DNA of 63,543 nt from Bdellovibrionota bacterium (GCA_044345405.1 JBIJBE010000020.1:1-63543); one strand, 5' to 3'; shown: positions 31,060-41,909, counted from the first letter of the stretch. A program made the numbers and translations. Notes: a model not told the origin generated them from the sequence alone.

Positions 31060-32124
31060 CTACATCCACTTTTTGCGCTTAAAGAGGATTAACAACACAC
31101 CGGTTAGCGCGATCATAAAGAGCCATACGGCTGGATAACCCAACCGCCACTCCAACTCGGGCATATAGTGAAAATTCATACCGTACACTCCCACGATAAA
31201 GGTGAGAGGGATGAAGATACTCGACATAACTGTTAGCACCTTCATGACCTGATTGAGCCGATTACTCACACTCGAGAGATACACATCCAACGTACCGTTT
31301 ATGATATCTCGCATCGTCTCCACGGAGTCGATTACATGCACGGTGTGGTCATAGAGATCCCGCAGGTAGATCCTGACATCCTTGGAGATGAGCGGAGACT
31401 CATCACGAATCATCGAGTTCACTACCTCACGCATCGGCCAGATAGAGCGTCGCAACGATATAAGTTGACGTTTGACATCATGAATGGTCCGCAGGGTCGT
31501 CACCGTCGGATTCACCACCACCTCGTCTTCCAGCTTTTCGATCCGCTCGCCGATATCCTCCAGAACATGGAAGTAGTAATCAACAATAGCGTCAACAAGC
31601 GCGTAAGCGAGGTAATCCGAGCCACTGGCGCGAATCTTTCCCTTACCCGCCTCACACCGTTGTCGGATAGGAGCGAATAGATCACCAGGATCTTGGAGAA
31701 AGAGGACCAAAAAACCCTGTCCAAACACGATACTCACGTGTTCCGACTTGAGCTTCGAGGACCGCGCGTCGTAGGTGATCATCTTCGCCGCGAGGAAATA
31801 ATACCCATCGAAACCCTCAAGCTTGGGGCGCTGGGTCGTATTACCGATATCCTCAAGTACGAGGGGATGGAGGCCGAAATTGGCGCCAACCGTTTTAAGA
31901 ATCTCGACGTTGTGCACTCCATCGATCGTGTACCACACCACTCCCGTAGATGCGGTATCGGGGCGGCATTCAGCGGGATTCACTATTCGCGGCGGCTCGT
32001 ATCCATCCGCTGAGTATCGAATACGAGTGACGGTGACGGGGGTACTTTTATCATCACCGACGTACACTACGCTGCCAGGAGAGCTCCCAGCGGGTTTCTT
32101 TCGACGTTTTGAAACGGTAGCCAT
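31060..32124 (-). CDS. corA: magnesium/cobalt transporter CorA
   Basis: HPLVLEDI..T.QRPK, YLRDLYDH, and GVYGMNF..MPEL signature. Confidence 0.95.
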   Translation of the reverse strand: MATVSKRRKKPAGSSPGSVVYVGDDKSTPVTVTRIRYSADGYEPPRIVNPAECRPDTASTGVVWYTIDGVHNVEILKTVGANFGLHPLVLEDIGNTTQRPKLEGFDGYYFLAAKMITYDARSSKLKSEHVSIVFGQGFLVLFLQDPGDLFAPIRQRCEAGKGKIRASGSDYLAYALVDAIVDYYFHVLEDIGERIEKLEDEVVVNPTVTTLRTIHDVKRQLISLRRSIWPMREVVNSMIRDESPLISKDVRIYLRDLYDHTVHVIDSVETMRDIINGTLDVYLSSVSNRLNQVMKVLTVMSSIFIPLTFIVGVYGMNFHYMPELEWRLGYPAVWLFMIALTGVLLILFKRKKWM

Positions 32125-32201
32125 AGCCAAGCATCCTCAGCGCGAGAAAGGCGCCAACACGGGGAGGATGCCACACCGCGGCGGACAGGAGTATCGGAAA
32201 C

Positions 32202-32813
32202 CTATAGATTAGCGATATCCGCCAGCACTTCGACCCGATCACTAGCCCTTTCGTGCCCCTCTACGCCCTGCTCCTCGATCCCAACAAGCATTGCGTAGAG
32301 CTGTGTCGGATCGGTGACCAGTTTATTATCCCAGTAGATCTGAACCTGATCAGCAGACACGACGTTCTTATTGACCGATATCGCCACCGGGCCCGGTCGC
32401 TTTCGATTTGGATTCGTTATCTTGAAAATACGACGAGCAATCTGATTGCCTCCTATACCCGCGCCGAACATCTCCCCAAGCCATGCTGGCCCCTTACTGA
32501 GAGCGTAATCGAGCGAGGCCGCCAAACTGCCCTTTCCACCGACCAGGCAGAAGTCAACGCTATCTCCGGCCTCGGAGAGTACGAAACGCAAAAAGGCGGC
32601 ACACACTCCACGCACTCCCGAGGTCCATTGAAAGCTCCCGTAGGACACATACGCGCCGGCGGTCTTTCCACGAATACAGGAAAGGGTCCGAGCGATTCCA
32701 GCGATGCGCGCCTCGGTCTTCACCATCTCGATCCGAGCGGATCCCTCAAAGTGAAAAATGAAGATATTTCCCTGCATACGAGCCCCTCCTCTAGGTGTAT
32801 CGGAGTCGAGCAT
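32202..32813 (-). CDS. hypothetical protein
   Basis: 203-aa ORF co-oriented with its neighbours; an alternative start at MQGN has a GAGG RBS. Confidence 0.6.
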   Translation of the reverse strand: MLDSDTPRGGARMQGNIFIFHFEGSARIEMVKTEARIAGIARTLSCIRGKTAGAYVSYGSFQWTSGVRGVCAAFLRFVLSEAGDSVDFCLVGGKGSLAASLDYALSKGPAWLGEMFGAGIGGNQIARRIFKITNPNRKRPGPVAISVNKNVVSADQVQIYWDNKLVTDPTQLYAMLVGIEEQGVEGHERASDRVEVLADIANL

Positions 32814-32891
32814 GCCGTAGTTGCTGGGTTTCCCCTGACTGATAAGATTTCGGATTCAAACTCGGAAGTAAAAGCGGACTACGGGCTCCTA

Positions 32892-34595
32892 TCACCTGCC
32901 GGGATCGGTATCCTGGACGTTCGGCTTCGGCAGAGCGCGATATACTCGAATAGTGTTTGCGGTGTACTGCCACTCTCCAAGGAGGAGCTCTCCCCAGGCC
33001 GCAACCTCCTCAAACCCCTCTCGACTTGGGTTTTTCTGGCACGCTCCGTCATCAATCGTTACAACCAGGGTATTCGGGGGTACCGGCATCTGAGGAAGAC
33101 AGCTTCCAGAGTAATGCTCATAGGTGCGGTCAGGATTCAGATAAAGGTAATGCTTCGGAAGCTCACCAAGCGCGGCGATATCGTCACGCGTCAGTAACGT
33201 CGGCACCGGTCTCTCTCCCCGAGGAGTCACCCTCTGCGCAACCTGCCACACGCGAAAGGAAAGGGGGGGGAGGTTTGGAATCGGAAGACGATAGACCGTC
33301 CATATTCCCGGCACGACTACGCACAGCACCAAGAGCGCTACGGCCCGGCTCGAGAGACGATACGGCTCAATCCGCCTCGCGAATCCGAAGGCAACAAGCA
33401 AAACAAAGAGAGGAAAGATCGGCGCGGCGCGATGCATGCCCGTCATCTTCCAAAAGGCAAGCTCCGGTGACATGCCACTCGCGAAGAAACTCACAAAGAT
33501 CAAAGCCACAGACCACGAGCAGAAGACGAACACCTGCCAACCAAACCGAAAAAAAATTCCACCAATAAGGAAGAGAAGGAACACCGCTTGAAAAGGCAGG
33601 GCGGCGTACCACATGCCGTTACTTTGGGTGAAAATGAAGACCCCGAGGTCCTGCAGCCGTTCCGAAAGGTGATCGATATGCTGGCGCCCCACGCCAAGTC
33701 GAAGGTCTAAGCGATACCCTAACGTCTGCGCGAAACAGACCACAGCGAGAGCTCCAGTCATAAGGAGAGGCTTCGCGCCGCCCGAGGGAACATCGTGGCG
33801 AAAAGAGTTCCACGTCAGAAAAACCGCGAGCAAACACAGCACCGCGAGTATCGGTGGATACATCGACGTTGACACCAAAATCAGGGCGAGGAGCGCGAAG
33901 AACGCCACTCTGTCCGCCCGCTCTATCCACAGCGCAACAAGCCCGATGAAGATCATCGTGAGCGCCACAGGATGGGTTGTTTGATCGTGATAGTAGATGA
34001 TCCGGAGGAAGAGCGCGCATTGAAACAGGGAGAGCATCGCAAGACCCGTTATCAGGTCACTCGTTCGAGCGCGCTCCGTCACAATCCGAATCGCTTGAGC
34101 GAGCAGCGCGATTCCGGGAAATAAAAGTAAGGACGCGCCGAGGTTTGCGATAAAGGGCGAAAAACCCAAAAAATGTACCGGCAAAACCTGAAGCAGGTAG
34201 GACCGTGTCGGATATCCGATGAAACATTGGCTACGAAACCCGTAATCCAACAGGTCTCTGAACGCGAGCTGTGGACACCCGAACTCAAAGATATTCTCAT
34301 CACTTAACAAACGCTCTGGAATCGCGACGGCGATAATAAAGAGCCACCACGCCACAACGCTGCCCACCGTCCACCACTGTCGATCCTCACGAGCTTGCGC
34401 CACAAGCCGTAGGAAGGCGCTTCCACCCACCAAGAACACCAGAAGATAGACGCTCACTATCCACGCATACCCAACCAACCCGAGCGATGGATAGACACCT
34501 ACAAGGAGATCGAGAAGAGGATAGGAGAGAAGAAAGAGCGTGGATGGTTTGCCTAAAAGTCGGATGAAAGACCTCATACGATCACAAATCCTCAT
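32892..34595 (-). CDS. polytopic membrane protein, possible GT-C/glycan-modifying enzyme
   Basis: About 12 hydrophobic segments, an acidic SDE loop after the early TMs and a soluble C-terminal domain; overlaps the 3' end of a GT4 gene. Confidence 0.65.
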   Translation of the reverse strand: MRICDRMRSFIRLLGKPSTLFLLSYPLLDLLVGVYPSLGLVGYAWIVSVYLLVFLVGGSAFLRLVAQAREDRQWWTVGSVVAWWLFIIAVAIPERLLSDENIFEFGCPQLAFRDLLDYGFRSQCFIGYPTRSYLLQVLPVHFLGFSPFIANLGASLLLFPGIALLAQAIRIVTERARTSDLITGLAMLSLFQCALFLRIIYYHDQTTHPVALTMIFIGLVALWIERADRVAFFALLALILVSTSMYPPILAVLCLLAVFLTWNSFRHDVPSGGAKPLLMTGALAVVCFAQTLGYRLDLRLGVGRQHIDHLSERLQDLGVFIFTQSNGMWYAALPFQAVFLLFLIGGIFFRFGWQVFVFCSWSVALIFVSFFASGMSPELAFWKMTGMHRAAPIFPLFVLLVAFGFARRIEPYRLSSRAVALLVLCVVVPGIWTVYRLPIPNLPPLSFRVWQVAQRVTPRGERPVPTLLTRDDIAALGELPKHYLYLNPDRTYEHYSGSCLPQMPVPPNTLVVTIDDGACQKNPSREGFEEVAAWGELLLGEWQYTANTIRVYRALPKPNVQDTDPGR

Positions 34596-35790
34596 TCAAA
34601 ACCGTTTGAAACTCGGCCTCGTATCGACCCGTCGCCTTGGCGCGATTCCACTCCTGAGATACGTATCGCCAACCGCGAGCGCCCATCTCACTCAGAACGC
34701 TCGGATTATCTCCGAGATCACGGAGCGCTTTCAAGATACAGGAGGCGAGTTGTGAGGGATCCTCCGCGGGGCTGACATACCCAACACGTTGAGACGAGAT
34801 GAACCTTGTGAGGCTCGATCCATCAGGAACGCTCGCTATGATAGGGCGAGCCGCCGCCATGATTGAATTAGCCTTTGACGCGTACACACAACCGAACAGA
34901 CGCGCTGGCGTGAGAATGAGATGAGCATGACAAGCAGCCATCGCCGCGAATACCTCATCTCTCGCGACCGGCGCCTGATACACAACATTCTCATAGCGCG
35001 CCGCGATTCTTCGCGCCTGCTCGCGTTTAATCCCATCACCACGAAGTATGAAGTAAAAGCGCGCTAGCTCTCCTTTGGAGGAGAGCTCCTGAAGCGCGAC
35101 CTCTAACGCGTCGAGGTCACACGCAAGACCGAGATTACCAGCGTATTGAATAATCATCGTTCCATCCGCGGAGGGCATCGGGACAGGATCGGTATTCGCT
35201 ACGCTCGATGGCGCCCAGTTAGGAATGATAGTGTGCGTTTCGACTCCTCGCCTCGCCAAAAGCTCGACGTGGTCAGGCGACACCGCGATAACCCTGCGCG
35301 CTCTTCGCGCGACGAAAGAATGGAGTTTCTTGAGCGGCCACGCGAATAGCGCCACCGGTTGAAGACGCGCCCCCTCCGCGAACTCAGGATAGAGATCCTG
35401 GGTAACTATGACGAAACGACGCTTGAGACACCAACAAAGGAGCCCACCCACCAGATCAATAAAAGGAGGCTCGGAGGCGAACACAACTAGATCGTATGGC
35501 TTGGAGGCGACAAGAAAGAAGAGGGTCCTCACCATGAAAAGAAAACTCGACATCCAACGAAGGGCCTTCGACGCGACCACTTTTTTCTCGGGGATCCACG
35601 AAGGTATCGGTCGTCGTTCGACCTGATAGGAAGCACTTGGTTCGCCTGGACCCGCCGCTGTCTCACAAAACACCGTCACGCGCATGGTGGGAGCGAGATC
35701 CTCGACCAGTTCGCGCAACAACACCGCGGTCGCGGCTTCGCTTGGGGCGAAGTATTGATTAATGAGGAGAATGCGCTTGGGGGAGTCCAT
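34582..35790 (-). CDS. glycosyltransferase family 4 (WcaI-like)
   Basis: LINQYFAP, QDLYPE, IPNWA, YAGNLG and SK...IMAAARP motifs. Confidence 0.9.
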   Translation of the reverse strand: MDSPKRILLINQYFAPSEAATAVLLRELVEDLAPTMRVTVFCETAAGPGEPSASYQVERRPIPSWIPEKKVVASKALRWMSSFLFMVRTLFFLVASKPYDLVVFASEPPFIDLVGGLLCWCLKRRFVIVTQDLYPEFAEGARLQPVALFAWPLKKLHSFVARRARRVIAVSPDHVELLARRGVETHTIIPNWAPSSVANTDPVPMPSADGTMIIQYAGNLGLACDLDALEVALQELSSKGELARFYFILRGDGIKREQARRIAARYENVVYQAPVARDEVFAAMAACHAHLILTPARLFGCVYASKANSIMAAARPIIASVPDGSSLTRFISSQRVGYVSPAEDPSQLASCILKALRDLGDNPSVLSEMGARGWRYVSQEWNRAKATGRYEAEFQTVLNEDL

Positions 35791-35873
35791 GTCCCTTAAA
35801 CGATACCTGATAGAAGGCGACCCAACAACGTCCCTACCTCTCGGATCTGGCCCTCGCCTCATATGTGGCGAAT

Positions 35874-36710
35874 CTAAAACACCTCTTCGTGAAGAGCGAC
35901 AAAAGGCTGACGGGTACGTGGATGGTGCCGCACTTGCGCGACGTAGTACGCGTTACCGACCGTACACTCGAAGGTGAAGGGCTTCGTGTCTCCCGTCCAA
36001 TGGAAATCGGCGATCGTGGATAACTGGATCGGTCGATGGGATGGAACTCCTCCCATATCCTCTCGTGGGGAATGTCGATTCTGCGCCGTCACGATTGCTT
36101 GGACGATCCAACCGAACGCGACAAAGCTCCTAGGATTTTGCAGCACCTCAGTGTACGACGCGGACACCAATTTCTCTAACGCTTCTTGGAACGCAGGGAC
36201 CGAGAATAATCTGGTAGCGACCATCTCGTCTTTCTTTCCTCGTGGACCGAGACTGCTGAGCTGGAGCGCTGCGGGCCCCTTCTCAAAGCCAGCGGCGGTG
36301 TCGAAATCAAAGAACCAACACCGACCGTTGCGGGAGACGATATCGAGATAGAGGTGGTACTCCCGACGCGTCGAGCCAATCGCCACTACCGGATGAAGAA
36401 CACGAACGGTAAAATCCGAGCCCTCATCGCCTAGACCAAATTTTTCCATCTTACGCTGGACTACCTTCCGATAATTCGACTCCATGCGATCTAGGGCCGC
36501 CCGATCCTCATACTCCATCTTTGATCGGTTTGTGATCAGCTCGAACCGCTCAACGAAGCCGAGCCGACAATTACGTAGGTACGCGTCGAGTAAGATGCGA
36601 TGGTACGACGCTCTTGGCGCCGACGGCATCGTGAGGTCCTCGTGTGAATCTCGCCCGTCAGCACGTTGGTGCTGGTCATCCGAGGGATTGGGATCGTTGC
36701 TCAACGTCAT
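35874..36710 (-). CDS. hypothetical protein
   Basis: 278-aa ORF; disordered N-terminus (MTLSNDPNPSDD); no recognisable family. Confidence 0.65.
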   Translation of the reverse strand: MTLSNDPNPSDDQHQRADGRDSHEDLTMPSAPRASYHRILLDAYLRNCRLGFVERFELITNRSKMEYEDRAALDRMESNYRKVVQRKMEKFGLGDEGSDFTVRVLHPVVAIGSTRREYHLYLDIVSRNGRCWFFDFDTAAGFEKGPAALQLSSLGPRGKKDEMVATRLFSVPAFQEALEKLVSASYTEVLQNPRSFVAFGWIVQAIVTAQNRHSPREDMGGVPSHRPIQLSTIADFHWTGDTKPFTFECTVGNAYYVAQVRHHPRTRQPFVALHEEVF

Positions 36711-36986
36711 AACGTCTACCTTGGTGCAAGAGAGGGACGGAGCTCCGGGGATGGGGCGCTACGCTATCGAAAGTACCCCTTGGTAGTATCAACTCAGGAC
36801 TATCCGAGAAAGCATTTTTAGCGATGCGTTTAACCTCTTTTCACACATTACCGCTATCCGCGGGGGAGCCCGTGGCTTTTTTAGTTTGAATTAGGCATCG
36901 CCCCCCGAACTCGAAAGCGCGGGACGCGGGATCACCTAGATTCCTGTCGAAGTCTTGGTATACCCTGTCACACCTAAGGTGAGGCG

Positions 36987-37970
36987 ATGACTACTTATTG
37001 GACGTTCAAACAAGCGGCTCTCGTAACCTCGCTCCTCGGAGGCCTTACCCTCCCTGAGCGATCCCTATTTTCTCAAGAAACAAACCGCGCCGTTCCCGCC
37101 ACTCCTCACGCTGCCGAGGGACCGACGCCGAGAGAACTCAAACGCCTCTCCCCCTACCTAGCCGCGCTTCCACAGCGAGCACTCCTCCCCTCATTCGCGC
37201 GTTCATTAATCGAAAACGGCACGATGAGCCCCGCGACTCAAGGGACCGTACTCAGTCGTTACCACCTCTTTTTTGTGTCATGGGATGAGCGAGGGCTCCT
37301 GCTTGAAAAAAGCGTCCTCCGCTCTCCTCGAGCGAGCCACTCCGCCGTTATCGCGCTACACACGAATGTGCACGCATCGACGAGCCTCTCAGGTGACGTG
37401 ACCCGTACCCTGAACCAGAACGTTACACTGATCAGCTTCCTCCCATCATCCGCGCAAGGCATTCACGACAAGGTGAGAATCAATCTCTTCACCATCACCG
37501 ATCCAAACGGAACGCACGGAGTAAATTGGCAGGGAATAGATTTCCTTCTTCATCCGAACGCCTACCTGGGCGGCACTCCGATGACGACCTCCGTCTCCCA
37601 CCCCGTCGCGATCGCAGCCACCACATACTGGGGTATCGTGCGACGCGCGGAGGAGCTCGACCGTCAGAGAAAACCGTATCACGTCCTCTCGTCATCCGGG
37701 CTGAGAGAGGGCTCGGAAAATTGCATAACGGGGGTCGCTGGCGTTCTCGCTCACCTACCGAACGCCCCACAGCCACCGTTTACAGGGCCACTCCGAGGTC
37801 AGGAGGCTACCGATATGGTCGCTCGCGCGATCCTGGAGGCCGCCAAAGTGCCTACGGACGATCATGGACACTATGAGTCAGCTCACGATGAATGGACGGT
37901 CCACGAGTTCCTTCGCGCTACCCCCTCAGCGCAATCAGGGATTCGCTGGTATGCCCTTCGCAAGTGGTAA
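36987..37970 (+). CDS. exported hypothetical protein, possible permuted papain-like hydrolase
   Basis: Signal-like N-terminus, an early His (RYHLFF) and a late YHVL...ENC motif; GAGG RBS. Confidence 0.6.
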   Translation: MTTYWTFKQAALVTSLLGGLTLPERSLFSQETNRAVPATPHAAEGPTPRELKRLSPYLAALPQRALLPSFARSLIENGTMSPATQGTVLSRYHLFFVSWDERGLLLEKSVLRSPRASHSAVIALHTNVHASTSLSGDVTRTLNQNVTLISFLPSSAQGIHDKVRINLFTITDPNGTHGVNWQGIDFLLHPNAYLGGTPMTTSVSHPVAIAATTYWGIVRRAEELDRQRKPYHVLSSSGLREGSENCITGVAGVLAHLPNAPQPPFTGPLRGQEATDMVARAILEAAKVPTDDHGHYESAHDEWTVHEFLRATPSAQSGIRWYALRKW

Positions 37971-38075
37971 TTATCAGGGGATATTCCCCCGGAACCTTTG
38001 ATACCGTGGGCCGGATCGTGATAGCCTAATTTTGCATTTAAAATGCGAGAACACCTCAAGTTACCGGAGCGTTTC

Positions 38076-39662
38076 ATGGCCTCATTTTCCCTCGAACAAC
38101 ACGGAATTACCGTTAAGAACGTGCATCGAAACCTCGCGCCATGCCGACTCTACGAGGAGGCTATCCTTAAAGAGCCGGGAACGCGCATCGCCGACTCCGG
38201 AGCGCTCGTCGCCTACTCTGGCGCCAAGACAGGCCGCTCACCAAAAGATAAGCGAATCGTGAAGAGTGACCCCTCGCAGAAGGACATCTGGTGGGGGAAT
38301 GTAAACGTCGCTCTCGAGCCCAATATCTTCGACATCAATCGTGAGCGCGCGGTCGATTACCTCAACACACGCGACACCCTCTACTGCTTCGACGGTTTCG
38401 CGGGATGGGATCCATCCTCCCAGATCTCAGTTCGAGTAATCTGCTCCCGTCCCTACCACGCGCTCTTCATGCACACGATGCTCATCAGACCCACCCCTGA
38501 GCAACTTGAGAACTTTGGCACCCCTGATTTCGTGATCTTCAACGCGGGAGAGTTCCCCGCGAATAGACACACCCCGGGCATGACATCGAAAACCAGTATC
38601 GACCTCAATTTCGAGAAGGGAGAACTTGTCATCCTTGGAACCGAATACGCGGGCGAGATGAAGAAGGGTGTGTTCACGGTAATGAACTACCTCATGCCGA
38701 AGCGTGAGATCCTCTCCATGCACTGCTCCGCGACAGCGGACAAGAACACCGGCCGCTCGAGCGTTCTGTTCGGACTCTCTGGAACGGGCAAAACAACGCT
38801 CTCCGCGGATCCGAAGCGCCTTCTTATCGGTGACGATGAGCACTGCTGGTCAGAGACCGGCATCTTCAATATCGAGGGTGGATGTTACGCCAAGGCTATT
38901 GATCTCACTCCAGAGAGCGAGCCCGATATCTTCCAAGCGCTCCGTTTCGGTTCTGTTTTGGAGAACGTGGTACTCGACGCTGAGAAGCGCACGGTTCAAT
39001 TCCACGACAAATCGATTACCGAGAACACCCGTGGCGCCTATCCGATCGAGTTCATCAAGAACGCTAAGATCCCATGCGTCGCTGGACATCCAACCGATAT
39101 CATATTCCTTACGTGCGACGCCTTCGGCGTATTGCCTCCGGTAAGTAAACTCTCCTCCGCGCACGCCATGTACCACTTCATTAGCGGCTACACCGCTAAG
39201 GTGGCTGGCACAGAGATGGGGGTGACTGAGCCAACAGCGACCTTCTCACCATGTTTCGGTGGACCGTTCCTTGTGTGGCATCCAGCCAAGTATGCCGAGC
39301 TCCTTGCTGAGAAGATGAAGCACCACAAAGCCAACGTATGGCTCGTGAACACAGGCTGGACCGGTGGTGGCTACGGTGTTGGTTCGCGTATGAAGCTCGG
39401 CCTCACCCGCAAGATTATCGATGCCATCCACAGCGGCGAACTCGCCAACGCGCCAACGCAGAAGGATCCAACCTTCGGGTTCGAGGTCGTAACGGCGTGC
39501 CCTGAGGTACCATCAGAGGTTCTCATTCCGCGAAACACCTGGAAGGACAAATCGGCCTACGACGCGGCGGCTAAGAAGCTTGCGCAGCTCTTTACGAACA
39601 ACTTCAAGACCTACGAGGGCGGAGTGTCGGCAGAGGTTCGAGCGGCTTCGCCGGTGGCGTAG
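38076..39662 (+). CDS. pckA: phosphoenolpyruvate carboxykinase (ATP)
   Basis: TGRSPKDK, YAGEMKK, SMHCSA, FGLSGTGKTTLS, LIGDDEHCW and NIEGGCYAK motifs. ORF track start is 38043; the ATG at 38076 has a GGAG RBS. Confidence 0.97.
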   Translation: MASFSLEQHGITVKNVHRNLAPCRLYEEAILKEPGTRIADSGALVAYSGAKTGRSPKDKRIVKSDPSQKDIWWGNVNVALEPNIFDINRERAVDYLNTRDTLYCFDGFAGWDPSSQISVRVICSRPYHALFMHTMLIRPTPEQLENFGTPDFVIFNAGEFPANRHTPGMTSKTSIDLNFEKGELVILGTEYAGEMKKGVFTVMNYLMPKREILSMHCSATADKNTGRSSVLFGLSGTGKTTLSADPKRLLIGDDEHCWSETGIFNIEGGCYAKAIDLTPESEPDIFQALRFGSVLENVVLDAEKRTVQFHDKSITENTRGAYPIEFIKNAKIPCVAGHPTDIIFLTCDAFGVLPPVSKLSSAHAMYHFISGYTAKVAGTEMGVTEPTATFSPCFGGPFLVWHPAKYAELLAEKMKHHKANVWLVNTGWTGGGYGVGSRMKLGLTRKIIDAIHSGELANAPTQKDPTFGFEVVTACPEVPSEVLIPRNTWKDKSAYDAAAKKLAQLFTNNFKTYEGGVSAEVRAASPVA

Positions 39663-39688
39663 GGATTGAACCCGGCACGTAACCTTTC

Positions 39689-39824
39689 GGCGACCAGGAA
39701 TGGTCGCCCTCCCAAAGTGCGAGCCCGTGATTCGGGAGGGCGGTCATTCCTGACCGCCGAAATGTTTCGCATCACAAACTACCTGTGCCTTGCGCGACAC
39801 GGCGGTCAGGAATGACCGCCCTCC
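39689..39824. repeat. three REP palindromes (BIME-like)
   Basis: Copies at 39689-39712, 39735-39758 and 39801-39824 in alternating orientation. Confidence 0.9.
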
Positions 39825-39939
39825 GGGGGCACGGGTCGCGCACGGCGCGTCCCTAAAAATCCCCTCAATCCCCCATCAAACCTTTGCGCCCAAAGCCTAA
39901 CGGGATTATGCTTGCCCAAACAAACGGAACCGCCGCTCA

Positions 39940-40947
39940 ATGAAATCATCAAGCGCTTCAGCACTCCTCAAAGAGATCACGTCGATGAAGACGTGTCCCT
40001 TGTGCGTGTTCATCGGCGCCCCGGATCGCATCCGTCGAGAACGCGCGCTTCGATTCATCCTCTCGCACTTCGCGGGTAAGGAGTTCCGCCCCCTCACCTA
40101 CTCGTTCACCGAGCAAGGACGACAGAACATCGCGGGACTCCTCAACGAGATCTCCGAGCCGTCTCTCTTCGAACCAACACGCTACGTGGTCATTCGAGGG
40201 ATCGAGACCGCGAAGGTCGTTGACCTTGAGCCCCTCACAAACTTCATGAGCAAAAAGATCGAGGGTGTACACATCATCCTGGTCGGCGAGGGATTCCCAC
40301 AGAGTCAAAACTTTAAGAAAGCGGTCGAGAAACTCGGCACGGTTCTCACCTTCGAACCACTCAAAGGAGCCGAGCTACGTCGATGGACGGAGCGAGAGCT
40401 CAAACAAGCAGGGGTCGTGGGAGCCACGGACGAAATGGTTGAGTTAGCGCTCTCCCTCGCCGCGGAGGAACCCGAGGCGATCGCCGCTCTGATTGAGAAG
40501 CTCTCCCTGTATCTCGACGGAGACGCGCCAACAACCGAGGTGATGCGCACGCTGATACCGGGACGTTCCTCCGCGAGTGATTTCGAACTCGCCGACGCGC
40601 TCATGAGTAAAAAGAGGGCGCCAACTGAGATCCTGATTCATCAACTTATATCACAGGGCTCAAGTCCCTTTATGTTGCTTGGACTCCTTACAAAGACATT
40701 CGTGACCCTCTACCGTATTCGAGCGATGCTCGATAAGGGGCTCCAACAACAGGATATCCGCACCGCGCTTGGTATCTCACCCTGGCTTTTTAATCGATAT
40801 TTCCCTATCGCTCGGACGCAAACGTTACGCGCGCTCTCGAGCCACTGCGAAGCCCTCTTACGAGCTGACTTCCGATTGAAAGATAAATCGATAGGACACG
40901 GGGCTACCTTCAGCACCCTCGCCAGTCAGATCTCTCAGAGGGCGTAA
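39940..40947 (+). CDS. holA: DNA polymerase III delta subunit
   Basis: EPSLF...RYVVIRG, IEKLSLY, FELADAL and LLRADFRLK motifs; typical length. Confidence 0.85.
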   Translation: MKSSSASALLKEITSMKTCPLCVFIGAPDRIRRERALRFILSHFAGKEFRPLTYSFTEQGRQNIAGLLNEISEPSLFEPTRYVVIRGIETAKVVDLEPLTNFMSKKIEGVHIILVGEGFPQSQNFKKAVEKLGTVLTFEPLKGAELRRWTERELKQAGVVGATDEMVELALSLAAEEPEAIAALIEKLSLYLDGDAPTTEVMRTLIPGRSSASDFELADALMSKKRAPTEILIHQLISQGSSPFMLLGLLTKTFVTLYRIRAMLDKGLQQQDIRTALGISPWLFNRYFPIARTQTLRALSSHCEALLRADFRLKDKSIGHGATFSTLASQISQRA

Positions 40948-40952
40948 CTACC

Positions 40953-41909
40953 GTGAAAAAACTCTCCGCCATCCTCAGCATCGCATTCGCCACCCTTCTC
41001 GTGACGACGAACGTTGCGGACGCCAAGCCGAAATCAAAAGCAAAGGCGAAACCCGCTCGTAAGACAACACAAACCACAAAGTATCCCCTTCTCGGCAATC
41101 CGAACTCGAAGTATCGAGGATGGGACTATCTCGCGAGCAGGCTGCGAAAAGCCGGGGTCGCGGAATCCGACATCGAGCAGATCTTCTCAAGTCCCAACAT
41201 GCCTCGCTTTACCTTCGTTCCCTTTAAGGTGAAGCCGCGAGAGCCACATTCAATCTACGCCTCCTTTGATAAGGACCATTTCGCCCAACTCGGAGCATCG
41301 TTTATCGAGGAGTATGACCACGAATTCGACGGCATGGAGCGAAAGTATGGGGTTCCGAGAGAGGTGGTAACAGCGATCCTCGTCATCGAAACCCAGATCG
41401 GGCGACACACCGGCAAGGAGCTGATCGTGCATCGACTCTCCCGCCTCGCGGCAGTGCTCGACCCCCACAACGTTCAGGAAAACTATCGACGACTCAAAGC
41501 GGACGACCCTTCAGTTACCCTCGACGATGTCAAAAATCGGGGACGCTACCTTGAAGACACCTTCCTCCCTGAGATACCAGCGCTGATAGAGATCTCAAGA
41601 CGAAACCAGGTCAACACCTTTCACATCCTCGGCTCTAGCGCTGGAGCTTTCGGAATTCCTCAATTCCTTCCAACAGCGTTCATCAAGTACGGCGTTGATG
41701 GGGATGGCGATGGTCACGTTTCCCTCTTCAACAAGGTTGACGCGCTTTGGTCCGCGGGAAATTACCTCGCGGCATTTGGGTACAGAGCCGATCTCCCCTA
41801 CGCTGAGCGACGAAAAGTTATCTGGGAATACAACCGGAGCGAAGCGTACATCGACACCGTGTTTCGTGTGGCGTCGCGAATCCGCAGCATCGAAAGCCGA
41901 GGAAATTAA
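40953..41909 (+). CDS. lytic murein transglycosylase (MltB/SLT_2 family)
   Basis: Signal peptide; YGVPREVVTAILVIET, GSSAGAFGIPQFLP, DGDGDG EF-hand-like loop, and YNRS..Y. Confidence 0.92.
   Translation: MKKLSAILSIAFATLLVTTNVADAKPKSKAKAKPARKTTQTTKYPLLGNPNSKYRGWDYLASRLRKAGVAESDIEQIFSSPNMPRFTFVPFKVKPREPHSIYASFDKDHFAQLGASFIEEYDHEFDGMERKYGVPREVVTAILVIETQIGRHTGKELIVHRLSRLAAVLDPHNVQENYRRLKADDPSVTLDDVKNRGRYLEDTFLPEIPALIEISRRNQVNTFHILGSSAGAFGIPQFLPTAFIKYGVDGDGDGHVSLFNKVDALWSAGNYLAAFGYRADLPYAERRKVIWEYNRSEAYIDTVFRVASRIRSIESRGN

Noticed and set aside
32253-33197. 314-aa plus-strand ORF (and similar long antisense ORFs such as 25676..26545, 43634..44290 and 54741..55319)
   Set aside because: They lie antisense to better-supported genes, have no motifs, and are expected shadows in GC-rich coding DNA.
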